From Chrysomallon squamiferum (lineage: Eukaryota > Animalia > Mollusca), in assembly GCA_012295275.1 (NCBI GenBank), contig CM022673.1, forward strand, positions 20,522,001-20,586,000: 64,000 nucleotides of DNA, given 5' to 3'. Numbering within the stretch: position 1 is the stretch's first letter; the number at the start of each line of letters is the position of its first letter. Positions 1 through 12,800 of this stretch are shown one piece after another. Both the position numbers and the translations under genes were made by a program. The notes under the pieces are model-generated. The model saw only the letters and a program-made list of their open reading frames with translations, was not told the origin of the DNA and searched no databases.

Positions 1-751
1 TATGACGTTATCCTCTTTCGAGAATCACTAATTTATAACAGTATGTATTGTTTATACCTAGCATATTAATGATAATTATGCATCATATCTCTGATATAAA
101 CACAACAAGAAATAGATATATATTACATATATAATTGACAATATTTCCTGAAATCACCTATTAAACAAAAATAAAAAACTGGAATCAGTCACATTATCGC
201 CATACTTTAGGAAAGTTATCATCAGATACTAGACACTTAATTAGACAAAGGTGCAGACCTGACACGTGTTTTTTCATTTTTTTCTAATTTTGTGTGACAT
301 AAACATCTAACAAATTTTTTTTTTGGTATATCACACCTGCAAACACAACAGACACTCCACCTTGCATTCGGCGGACGAATATATCGCGACATTTGTAGCC
401 ATACAAAAGCACATATAGTATGCTGAAATAAAATTAAGTTAAATAGTATTGATGAATACAAAACTTACTATATAAACAGAAAAACTGAACATATATTTTT
501 TTGTTATTCTAGTGATTATTAAAATAAACCTTAAATTAGTGAACTTATTTTTTAAGGAACAGTAATATATGCAAAATAGCAATTCTCTGGCTGCCTCATT
601 TTGATGTATATATTCTTTATCATAAAAACAAACTATTTTTATTGTTTAGTATCATTTTTGTTGTTTTCTTGATTGAAATCAAATAGTACAGCTGATGTTG
701 ATTTAAAAAAATAACTGGAACAAATTATTATGAAATTGGCGAATTAAATCT

Positions 752-806
752 ACTTCCGGTTTATAATGCAAAGTTTGAACTTCCTGACATCAAAGGTTAC
801 TTCCTG
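752..806 (+). promoter_or_regulatory. Cluster of three ETS-type motifs (ACTTCCGGT, ACTTCCTG x2) just upstream of the TMED start codon
   Basis: ACTTCCGGT at 752-760, ACTTCCTG at 779-786 and 799-806; ATG at 816. Typical of metazoan housekeeping promoters. Confidence 0.5.
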
Positions 807-815
807 TTGAAGAAA

Positions 816-1584
816 ATGGAGATACGTAGCTATTTGTTAGTTTGTTTGGGCATTTTGACAGCATTGTCTGATACATGTATCAGTGTTGAAACTGACTTGA
901 CAGTAGAAGTTAACGCAGGATCTGAGCATTGCTTTTTCCAAAGCATAAAGAAGATAACATCTGTTGAAATTGAATATCAGGTGAATTTCTTAAGCCAATA
1001 CCGTGAATACGATTTAATTTTATAGGTACGGTGAATACCGTGAATAAGAGAATAATGAATTTGTGAAATATGAATTATTCAAATAATGAAATATAATATA
1101 AATTATAATATTAAATATACTAAATAGATCAAATACATTTAGTATACGTGATCATCACGCAAGACAGTTATTTTTATAATTTTGGAAGTCGAGTTCTGCT
1201 TCTGAATTCCACGTCATGCTCACATACATGACACACTGTGACACTGTGACATGTCATATAGGCATAGAAACTCTGCTTCTACTACTAATACTAGGTGAAG
1301 TCGCCGTATATTTTGTGTATATTTTAGTTAGAAAGGATTGACACTGTTTAAAATGATTATATTAATTATTATTAAACTTGCCTTTCTTCAGTTTTATCAA
1401 TTAAACACGCCTAATCCTATTTCGTATTTATTTGTACACAATCGTGACAATGCCACATTTAGTCTTACTCAAGTTACTTAACATCAATTTTAGTAAAGAA
1501 AACAGACGTTTGGTGTTATAAATTATTTAATTAACTGGTTTATAATAGTTGCTTTGTCTACAATCATCCAGAGTTGATCAAACA

Positions 1585-1627
<43 letters not shown>

Positions 1628-4600
1628 AAATGTTTTCTGTTGATGTTTTCATCAAAAGAGTCTTAAATGCATAAATGTATAAAATATATATGTAAAATAG
1701 TCAATTTATGTATTAGTTTTTTTACACATCTATGAATGCATTCTCTTGTGTCTACAGTTAACTGACTCTATAAATATATCCAGCATGTGCAAATTTGCAT
1801 TATTGAAAGAAAGAGGATTTTAGGGTGCATATGTTTGAACTTTATTTCTGATAAATTGAACAGAATTCATGCCAAAGAAATATTTTTCATAATTCATTGA
1901 TTTCTGGGCCCATTCATATAGAGTGGTTCCAGTTACACAACATATTTCTCATGATGCTAGTTGGTCTGCCATAGATGGGGAAACCATGCAGTAACACATG
2001 ACCCATATGAGCTGAAAAGTCGGTCAGCAATAACTTCAGCATTTAATTTGACATTTTCTATTCTTAAAGTTTGTAATTCTTCTTGCATTACTACAAACAG
2101 AAGCTGATCAATGTGTGTCTGGGCTGTTGTGTAGCTATTTCATAATGAATGCTAAGCATGTCAACCTCATTTTCTTCATGTATTTCACTTAATTGTTGTA
2201 ATGTTTTAGCTGCATTGACCTTCACAGCCCTGTCCACTTTTCTTCTGTACCTTTTGTCAACAGCAGATGATTTTAAATCTGGTGTTGATCTCATTGCTGC
2301 TGACACTGTGACTGTTGGTATCCAATCAGGACTGTCTTTCTAGAATAATTCTGCTGTCACTTCTGAAAATGTACAGCAGTTTATTTACATATGTCTAATA
2401 AAATATAGGATTAATGATAAAAGGAATTAACAAATGTATGTATGTTCAAATATATATTGTTAAACTATGGCACATATTAGTACTATATTGTAAAGCTTGC
2501 ATGATGATATAATTTATATGGTAACATGTTACTGCTACTGAAAAAAAATTATATACTGTTTATAAAATGTTCTGAGCAAACTCGAACATTTGCTAGATTT
2601 TTGTTGTCCATATTTTGATTAATTTCTCAAGCCATAATCACCTCCGTTCATTATTTAGTTTCTTAGTTTGTTCACCGTGATGTTTTATTATAGCTGGAGT
2701 TACATAATAGTGGATTTTTTCTTCAGCATTGTACAGCTTCTTCTTTTGTATGGCATGCTTCACTGTGATTGATAAGAAACAAAGGCTTCAGTGGTCCCAA
2801 AGATGGCTGACTTTGTTTTGGGACATCACTAGAAACCAATCTATTATATATACTAAAGTCAGAATAAATAACCTACAAGATATTAAAACTATAAACAATT
2901 TATGGCAAAATCTCTGGACACCAAATTTAATACTCTGAGCTTTGTTACTATTAGTATCCAGATCTGTTCTGTTATAAATGGGTAATGTTGTTGTTGTTTT
3001 AGATTTACACTTTTTTCAGCAAATGTTTACTGAATATTTTACTAGTTTGTTCATCTGTTAGTGAATACCTGATAAACAAAAAATCAAATAAAACTGTTAA
3101 AGCTTATTTTGGTTAATAAAATCAACCATTTTTTTTATGTTGTTATTTTTGCTAAATCGTGATTCAGCTGCCCATTTGTAATATATAAAATATAAAGAAA
3201 AGTAAATAGGAATGAAACTCCTGTTCAGTAAATTATAGATAATATAGATTTTTTAGTGTAAGGAGGTTTGTGTCCTTATTTCAGTACAGATTAATTAGAT
3301 TTTAATAGCAACATTTGCAGTATACGTTTTGAGATTTAATGATTATGTAAAATAAATGTCAGTAATAGTTAAAAAGTAACCACATAATATTTTTTCTTTC
3401 ATTGTTGAATTAAAAAAACTGACCATTATAAAAGTTATGAAGAATTCTGGTTCAAAAACCAGTAAACACTATCACCATCAAAACTGAATGATCAGTATAA
3501 GATTAACTTGTAGTGGCTTGTTTCTAAAAGTCCAATTAATTTTTATGAAAAACACAGTAATTCCAGTGGTTAAATACAATTGAAACTGATGTTTTGTTAG
3601 TAACTGTCATCTTTGTATGGAATGAATTTGTGCAGAAGGATTTGTGTCGATAAAGGATGTACACAATGTTTCTAAAAGTCAGTTCTCTGCATTTCTTGTT
3701 TCCTGATGGTTTAACTTTAAGAGGATTTGCAATTTCATTTCATTTCTGACAAGTACAGCTGTTCATGATTAATAAAATTACCAAAAAGTTACTCATTCTG
3801 AATAATATGAAAATTCATATTTATTATTTTAGGTTATAGATGGAGGTGAACTGGACATAAACTTTTACATCTCCAGCCCTGATAAAGTTGTTCTTGCTGC
3901 TGATGTCATGAAAACAGAAAATGTTCACAAGTAAGAAGACTGATATTAATAATTATAAATAAAATTATTAAAGTTTAAAAATTATGAACATGAACTTGAA
4001 TGTGTGAATTGGAAAATGTTTTTCAGTATCATTTTTGTCATTAATATTAAAATAGATAAATAATAAAAATTTCAGATGTATTATGTATAGATGTGTATTT
4101 AAAAGATATGGTAAATAATAATTACATATCAAATTACAGGTATGGGTAATACTTAAAAATTTACTTTTAGGTTTTAAATAAAGTTCTGGTGAATAGAGAC
4201 ATGGTATAGAAAACTGCTTACCAGCAGTATACTTTTAACTACAAATAAACTTTCAGTTTTGTTTTTAATAATTTTGATAATTGCTTCATTATATAAACAC
4301 TGACTTATGGTAATAGGTTCCAAATGATAATAAATTTTAAACATTTTGGTTGAAAAACATCATTCCAGTCAGTGCTTTAGAGTGACTGAAATAATTAATC
4401 TTAATAAAATTTATTTGATTGATTAATTGATTGGTTTATATGACTGATTTAAAACAAAAACAAATGTTTTTAATATATTTATTGATTTTTATTGTTAATG
4501 TTATTCAGGATAGAAGCCAAAAAACCTGGAGATTACATGTTCTGTTTAGACAACAGGTTTAGTCGCTTTTCAAAAAAATTAGTTTTCTTTGAGCTTGTTA

Positions 4601-5227
4601 CCAGTTCTGATGAAGATGGCGATGATGAAGAGGATGATGATAACTGGAAGGTTAACAAAGATGAACTTGAAGAAATTATGGATATAACAATTGATGATTT
4701 TAAAGTAAGACTAAAACAAAAATCCAAGTTATTAACATAATGTTATATGAAAAATGTGTAAAGGAACAGTTAAAATTTGTTCACTTCAGTTCAGTGATTT
4801 ATGCTTCCTGATTAATAGTTTAAATAAAAGATTTCTCTGAATATATTTGAAGGAGATAATTATTTCCTAAACAGTAATGTTATTCTCTCTTTTCATAAAG
4901 ATAACAAGGAGGAAAAGAATGCTAATAAACATGCAATTGTCTACTTATTAAAACTGTATATATTTACTATGTATCATCTTTTTTCAGACTATTATAGCCA
5001 ATGTGAAGGTAAATCTAGAGAAGTCTGTACAGTTGCAGAATTTAGTAAAAATGTTTGAGGCTCGTGATCGCAATATTCAAGAAAACAATTTTGAGCGAGT
5101 GAATTGGTGGTCTTCAATTTTCCTTGTTGTCATGATAGTAGTGAGTCTGACACAAGTAATAATGATTAGAAGTCTGTTTGCAAACAAGGCTAGTAAATCT
5201 ACACAGTCAATGAAGGTACGGACATGA
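816..5227 (+). CDS. TMED5: Transmembrane emp24/p24 GOLD-domain cargo receptor, gamma subfamily (TMED5/TMED1-like), about 232 aa, 4 exons
   Basis: Exons 816-980, 3833-3930, 4509-4704, 4988-5227; all GT-AG with consistent phases. Signal peptide, GOLD domain (VEVNAGSEHCFFQ...EYQVIDGGELDINF...GDYMFCLDNRFSRFSKKLVFF), EARDRNIQENNFERVNWWS, TM helix, C-terminal KVRT like TMED5 KSRT. TMED1 versus TMED5 cannot be resolved by eye. Confidence 0.9.
2030..2760 (-). mobile_element. Decayed THAP-domain transposon relic (ISL2EU/Harbinger-associated THAP type) antisense in TMED intron 1
   Basis: Minus strand reads YYVTPAIIKHHGEQTKKLNNERR*LWLEK...NVRVCSEHFIN, then a GT-AG intron (2556-2363), then KVTAELF*KDSPDWIPTV...RYRRKVDR and a coiled coil (MQEELQTLRIENVKL). 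RVCSxHF and PDWxPT are THAP hallmarks. In-frame stops and a frameshift show decay. Boundaries are approximate. Confidence 0.7.
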
Positions 5228-8200
5228 CTGCATCTTTTCAACAGTACGTTAAATCTGTTGTGTTCACATCTGAAGGGTTCAGGATTTATTAGTTATATTG
5301 TTATTGACTGAAACACAAAGTGCATTTAAGAAGTATTTTTAATAACATAATATGTGAGTATTATGTTTGGTGTTTTTTTTCTGTTGTTATTTTGGCAAAG
5401 GAAGGCTTCTTGTTTTTATTTGCATGAAGGCTGTGTGTATGTGTGATTCAGTCTACATGTAGTTGTTTTAAAGGTTAATGTTTTATAAACTAGCAATCAC
5501 ATGACCCTTATGTTTGTAATTAGGGAGCTGAGTACAAAATACACTTTTAAAACTGTTAAATGCCCATTCTTAATCTGATTATGTCCTTTTAACTTTCAAG
5601 AATATATATGTGTTTATTAGTATTAATCTTATTATAAGAATTATTGGAATAGGATGTTCAGTATATCAAATATAGTAATTCCTGTTATGTTAATATTTAT
5701 GGAAAGAACAGTTCTTCAAAAAAATATTTATTCAGCATGCTTTCCTACAAATAAAAGAGCATGTTAATAAGTTAAACAAAGTATTCTTGTATTTTAACAT
5801 TTTCATAATTAAAAAAATATTGTATTAAAGGTGGGATTCTTTTCCTTTTTTTTTTTTTTTTTTTTTTTAAATTATTTTTGATAGAAGAATGATAATTTTA
5901 CATTTAATAGTTTTGCCCTTTTAAGCTTAAAACTATTAAATGTAGGCCTATATCACTTCACTACACTGGATATTAAGTGAGAAATCCACATGCTCAAACA
6001 CTGTTATACCAAGATTCAAAAATGCATTTTCAAGTTTACTTTTTATTTTTTAAAGAAAAGAAAAATTCTAAACTGACAAGATTTGAACATTGTTTCATCA
6101 TCTGTAAAATTCAAACAACAAATATCCAGGCGGATTTATATTACGAATATGATCCAATTTGATACACTATTTAATCTAGTTGACATTTATTTTTAAATAA
6201 CATCTTGATTACCAGATTTATTTGATAATTTGAGCATACACATTTCCAGATCATTAAATAAATAACTAATAGCCAACAAACATGTATTTTATGGAGTTTT
6301 ACACATTTTTTATTATTATTTTTTCCTTTTGTTATATATTTATGATTTAAAGGAACAAGGACTAAAAAGTATACAAATTTGAATAATTTTATATATAACT
6401 GCCTTCGTCTTGTTGCTGATCAGATGATAAAAATCATTAGCCAATGTCATAAGGGCTCGTCTATTTAATACATTTTTGATGCAAGCTAGGTCAAATCTGT
6501 TGTATTACTTTAACTGCCTGCTATAAACAAACATTTCCTGTTTTTTTTAAATTTAATTATCCTTTCTTGTTAGGCTCTTATGTTACAGACATTTCCTATA
6601 TTTATTTATTTATTTATTTGTCCTTAAGTTGCAGATCACAGGCCAAAGTAGCACCTTGAATCCTCTTTAGATCTTAGAGTAAGATTTTGTTAGTAAACTT
6701 TGCAGAATGCAGATCTTTAACAGTCTACACAAATAAATCAAAGTGAATATTTTCAGTGTGATTGTTTCCACTCTGTCAGTGCAGAAGTCAGTGGTGTTTA
6801 TTAATGTTTTTATGAACAAATCCTTATTTTATTTTTTGATATTTTTACCATAAGTGCTAAAAAAGATAACTGTTAACTTTATATGTACTTCTGTCCATTT
6901 TAAAAGTGCCAAATTTAAGTTACGATACAATAGTTTTGTTTACAGAAATACTCGTAAATGGTCAGATATTTCACTTTTAAATGTTCAAATTTGTGAAGGT
7001 TGTGAACATGGGAGCTTTATTGAATATAGTTATCTTTTCAATCAGCTATTATCAAAATTAATAATAGGATTTCAGTGAACATCAAATGCAATAGAAAGCT
7101 CACAAAATATCAAAACTGATATTTTTTATGGATATGTTAATAAGATTTGTTTAATACAAATATTCCAAAGTTGTTAAAAAAAATTCACTTTCATTTGATT
7201 ATGAATATCAGAAAAGATTTTGTTTGTTTTTGTTTTCATTAGAATGTAATTGTATCTTTTTTTATGTTCGTTTTGATTTTCAATGTTGCTATCTCATTCT
7301 TTATAATCAAAATATCTATAAACAAATCCACCCTTTAGTTTTCTTACTTTAAAACTATTTTTATATTCTCACCATCATAAACCACTTTCTAGTTTTGTTT
7401 ATTTTCAATTACCTCAGAGCATAAAAAATTTGAAATTCCAAAGGAATGTACAAAGCCTTTTTCTTTATTTGGAACTGATATCAAGCATAAATCTAATGAA
7501 TACCTCAAAGTTTAGAAAGATTGTTTCATTGTTGTTGATACAATGTACCAAATAACCTATATCAATTTTAAAAATGTCTTGCTCGATATTAACTTTAACA
7601 TACAGATTTGTACACTGATATAAAGTAGTAGTGTTTTAAACACTGGTTGTGTTAATTGAATTAGATGAAGTATTTTAATATAACAATAAGAGGTGTTGTC
7701 AGATAACACAAGTCAGAACATATATTTAAACATCTAGATATTCTTAACAAATTATAAGGCCAAAACTTGTGTTTTCTGAGTCAATATTTTGTAAATTGTG
7801 ATATTTTTGTCTGTTTAGAAATAAATTAACTTACAGTTGAAGTTGCAAAATTCATATTAGATAAATTTGTCACACAGCAGTATAGTTAACCATTTTTGTT
7901 TCATTCCAGGTTATATGTGTAAAAATACAATGATAACAATCTTTATCTATGCATATTATATAAATATATGAGTTTTTCTATATTTTGATGATGACTTGCA
8001 GTGTGTGTGTGTGTTAACTCTTTTTGTCAATTTTAAAAATGAAACATTACACAAGAGAACTATTAAACTCAGTCTGGATTAAATTTATGTATGTAGAATG
8101 TTTGAGTTTTTACCATCCATAATTACATGTTGAATAATAATTAATGATATTAAATTTAGTTACATTGAAGTGAGTTGCTGTTTAAAACAGGTTTGAATTT

Positions 8201-9805
8201 GTATCAGCATAGTATTCCTGTGAAAAAGGCAAAATGTTACCCTCAAAAGTGTCCTCACAAACTTTTATTATAATTTTTTAATTATTGTTGCTATAAATTA
8301 ATGCAGAAAATGAATTACAGGTTATTTGTAAACATTGTCATAGCTATACTTTAATTTCTTGAAAATAAATGTTACATGGATGTGTTTCCTTCTGAACATT
8401 CATTAATTAACACTGTAATTCCATTAAATTATTATTATTGCTAACAGATGAATAAAATAGGTTTTATGTCTTATGTGACCTGCATAAATGCTACATTTGT
8501 TAAACAACTAACTTTTAATCAAAATTTCATATAAACTGTTTTGATGTGTTACTTACTTTTATTTCTTTTATGTTATTATTAAAGTAGTTAAAACTTTATA
8601 AATCAAAGTATTATCGTTTGTAACCTAGAATGTACAGTTATGAATTATTTACAGCTTTCTTTCAGTCATAACATACATGCTGAGTTAAATATTTAAAAAC
8701 GTGCAAATGAAAGAAATGTATAAAATAATCAAAATAATTTTATATATCACGATTATTTTTAATCTTTAAGTAAAGTGATGAAAGTAAAATCCATAAATTT
8801 TGCTTTTTATCTGCTTATACCCAGTGTCTTAAAATCAGCAGCTTCCTATTACTTTATTCATTCTGTGGTATTGTAGTAATTATCATAATAGTATTTATTA
8901 AAACTTAATGTATTTTTATATTTTACTTCCATTTAATTTACCTTTAATTTATATTTATTCTTGCTAGATTCAGTTTGTTGAATTTGTTTTGTAGCTGTTT
9001 CTAATTTTGATTTTAAAGATTTATTTATTTATTATCATCACAACTGTTTTAGTGGTATATTGTTAAAATAGTAACTATACATTTTTGCTACTGCAATATA
9101 GTCTATTTTTTTATTTTTTTCAAATATTTTATTTTAATTTTATTTTATATTTGAAGTGAAGTTTAATAAAATAATAAATATATATTATAATGAAATAAAA
9201 CTAACAGCAATAATGTACAAATAGCATTTAGATCACAAAATGAACAAAAATTGAGAATTATAATTTTCTCAAATCTCAGGATTTTCTGCTATTTGTGGTC
9301 TCAATTACATTTTATACTTTTGAATTTTTCTTTAATTAATATAATCTTGTTAATTAATTTTTCCCAAAATAATAAAACTGTACTTTGCAATTTCTAAATT
9401 TTCAACCTTTATAAAATAAACATTTGTTGATTTTTATGAAGCCTTTGTTTTATTTGCTGATTTTATATATTTTACTGTTCAAATTATTAATATCAGTCTT
9501 ATAACTGATTATAAGTTTTGGTTGTTTAATTTAAAATACATCTGCCATACAAAAGCTGCAATTTCTGATACAAGTTGGACTGATACACAGATCATCCCTG
9601 CCCAACAAAATGTGCATACTTATAAGCCTACCTTTATCTGAAGAATTTGTCAAAGCTGACCACTTCTATGGTATTTTTATTATATATATATATATTACCC
9701 AACAGCAGCAAATTTCAGTTAAAATAACTGTTTTCTTTATGAAAATAAAAACAAAATAATAAATAAAAAATTATTATCAGAAATATCCGATGACTTAATA
9801 CATAA

Positions 9806-12800
9806 TTATTTTTGAGACATATTTCTAAGTGTAAGTTGTGCATTTTTTGTCAAACGCCTTTTAAGACGATCAGCCAGTGTCAGTGGGAGAGGACTGTCTT
9901 TTTCTATCAAAGAATCATCAGCAGGACAAAATGTACTTTCTAACCTTGCCTTAGTCTGTGACTTAGATGAAATAATATTACAATCATGTTCACAAACAAC
10001 ATTTTTCATACTGGTTGGATCCACTGGAAATACCCCTTTTGCACTGAAACAGTATATACAGTTAATGCCCTTTTCAGAATCAGTGTTGTGTTGTTCAATT
10101 TTCATTTTATCCACATTTGGTTCTTTTGAATGTCCACTCTGTGGCAAAATTTTTATTTTCCATAATTTTCTATGCACAATGAAGTTGATTTTTCATCTGT
10201 ACATTTTCCAAAGTTGGGCAATTCATTACAAGTAATAGCCAGATCATTACTGTACATAGCTTCATTTTCATTCCATTTGTCCTTTAAACTATCCTTTTTC
10301 ATCATGTTATTACAACAAGATATTTCTTCTGCATCTTTGTGTCTTGGCACACTGAAATCTTTTTTAGTCTCATTCATGCTAATCTTACCATGTCCTGAAA
10401 CAGGCAGGTCATAGAGGTTGTTGAAAGATGATCCCACTTTATTTTTTGGCCATGTATCTGCAGTTAATTCATTTTCTTTCTTCAGCTTTATGTCTGTTAA
10501 ATGTCTGACTTGTCTAGTGTTGCTGACTGAAACACAAATTGGACTTTGTTCATTGGCAACATTAAATGAACTTGTGGTTGTATCGAATAACAATGGTGAT
10601 TCCAAATATGCTGTGATTTTTTCCTGATGGTCATTGCAATTATTTGCCAAACCATTATCTCCAGTGTTTGGTGATACCAACTGGCTAAAGTCATTTAACA
10701 GGGATGCTTGCATATTGAATTCACCAAATTCGAATGAAGTGTTTATTAGTCTATTGTAACTTAGCAATGGAGAAGTGTTGTCAACAGATTCATTAAATGG
10801 AATGTTGTTCTGAACACTAGTTAACAGAAATCTTCTGTAATTTGATCCTTTTTGTGAAACTGGAGTTCTGCTGTGGCATGAAATGGGTATTTTTATTAAA
10901 GACAAAGAACTCTGAAAATCAGATACAGGCTTTAAACTATTACCAGTACTACTGGTGTTTGATTCTGGACTGCAGTCATCTAATGAATCTAGATAATTGT
11001 CTTGGTCAACACTTTTAAAAGATGAGAATGAATTTTCTGTTCTGGAAAATGCATATGACATTTCATTCTCTGAGCAATTTAATTTTGGTGTTTCAAAAAT
11101 GGACTTCATTTCTAAAGCACAGATAAAGTCATCAAAAGAGACAGGTGTTGTTATTAAAGAAAGAGATTTATTATTCCGATGCAGTTCATCATTTTCTTCA
11201 ACAGCTTCAAATTTTTTCTTTGAAGATAAACAGCTGCTCTCTGTGAAAGGTGCAACTGCCTGGACTATACAGTATTCTGTATCATGTAACATGTTATCTG
11301 CAGGATACACTTCTGAAGAGTACAATTCAATTCCATCAAAATAGGCATTATTTTTTATCTCAGATTGTTTGAAAGGAGAATCATGACATTCAGTGTCAAG
11401 AGATTTATTTTTTTTCATATTCTGTTTAAAACTTTTTGTTTCACCACTGTTGAATGTTTCACTCTCAGTTTTAATATTTAACCAAGCTGTTGTATTTTTT
11501 GCAATATTACTCTCCTCTATTGTGGAGTGAGTATCTGACAAACATGAAACTGATCTATGTTTATTCTTTACAATCCTATTAAATCTTTTATTCTCTTGAG
11601 ACAAATCTAAAACTGATTTTGGTTTGTAATTTTCATTCATATACACATTTAAAATTTCATCGCTTTTGTTACTGTTACATTCTTTTAAACTGCTGCCTGA
11701 TGACAACTCAGAAAGTGATTTAGAGGTTAACTGATGAAAATCCTTGGAACCAGTCAAATGAAAAGATTTATCACTTCCTTCAAGTTTGAGCTGTAATCTC
11801 TGAGTTAATGTTAAAAATACTTCTTCATCACTGTCTCCGTGATCAGAATCTGTTCCATATTCTGAGGACCTCTTTACTTTATAAAGTTTTGGTTGTTTGT
11901 CTTCAGAATCAGGCTGAGCCTCATTTGAAATGGGCTCAATACTGTGCGAATACATTTGTACAACAGTTGAACTGGATTTAACAGTATGTGAAACAGGATG
12001 TTCATAAACTGTATTATTGGATTTATGTTTGAAATCAGTTCCCTCTTCATGCTGTTTTTTGTTCATTGTTTTAGTTTTCTTCTTGTTATCTTTTGCGGAT
12101 GTTCCAGTCTTTTTATTCGCAATTTCTTTATTTTTCTTTGTATCACACAACACATAATCTGAGTCAGCTGTTTTCTTCGATGTTTGACATGCTGCTGGCA
12201 AAGTATCAAGATTGACAGAACTCAGTTTAGAAACGAGCTCATCAACACAGGGATCATGAACATTCTTCTTTCTACCACCTGAGTTCATAAAAATAATTTT
12301 TTTGAAAATATTCAATTAACAATATTCAACCTCAGAAAAACAATTCTTATAAATTCAAAGTACAACTAAACATATGTTTACAATTTTTAAAGACAAAAAT
12401 AGCAATCAATGTGTATCTTTTCAGACATCTTATATAAAATACTGGTTTTCAAAATTAAATAAAAGAGTCTCATTAGATTATGTAAAATGTGTTTAAAAAT
12501 ATATATAGAAAACTTTCCAAAAGAATCTGAATGATAATATTAAATAATACCTTGTTTTCTATTTCTCTTAGCTTCCTCCAGATCTGCGACATACTTAAGT
12601 ACAACATCTGGAAAACACTGATTAAACAGACATTGTTCTTCTCTTGTTGTGTAGTAGTCCTTCGGGTATGATAAATACGATGCTGAAAATCAAATACATA
12701 TTTTCTAGACACCTCAACACATCTTATTAAGTCATTGTGTAACTGTTATTTTAAGTTATTAAATATATGGTTTTTGTGTAATTGTGATTCTTTGTTAAGT

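Noticed and set aside
6347-6513. TTAA-flanked segment starting AGGAACA, possibly a Kolobok-like MITE
   Set aside because: Terminal inverted repeats are too poor to support from a single copy.
10172-11344. Plus-strand ORFs opposite the GEN1 last exon (likewise 23205-23726 and 48138-48461 opposite other exons)
   Set aside because: Antisense shadows of real coding exons with no recognisable domains.
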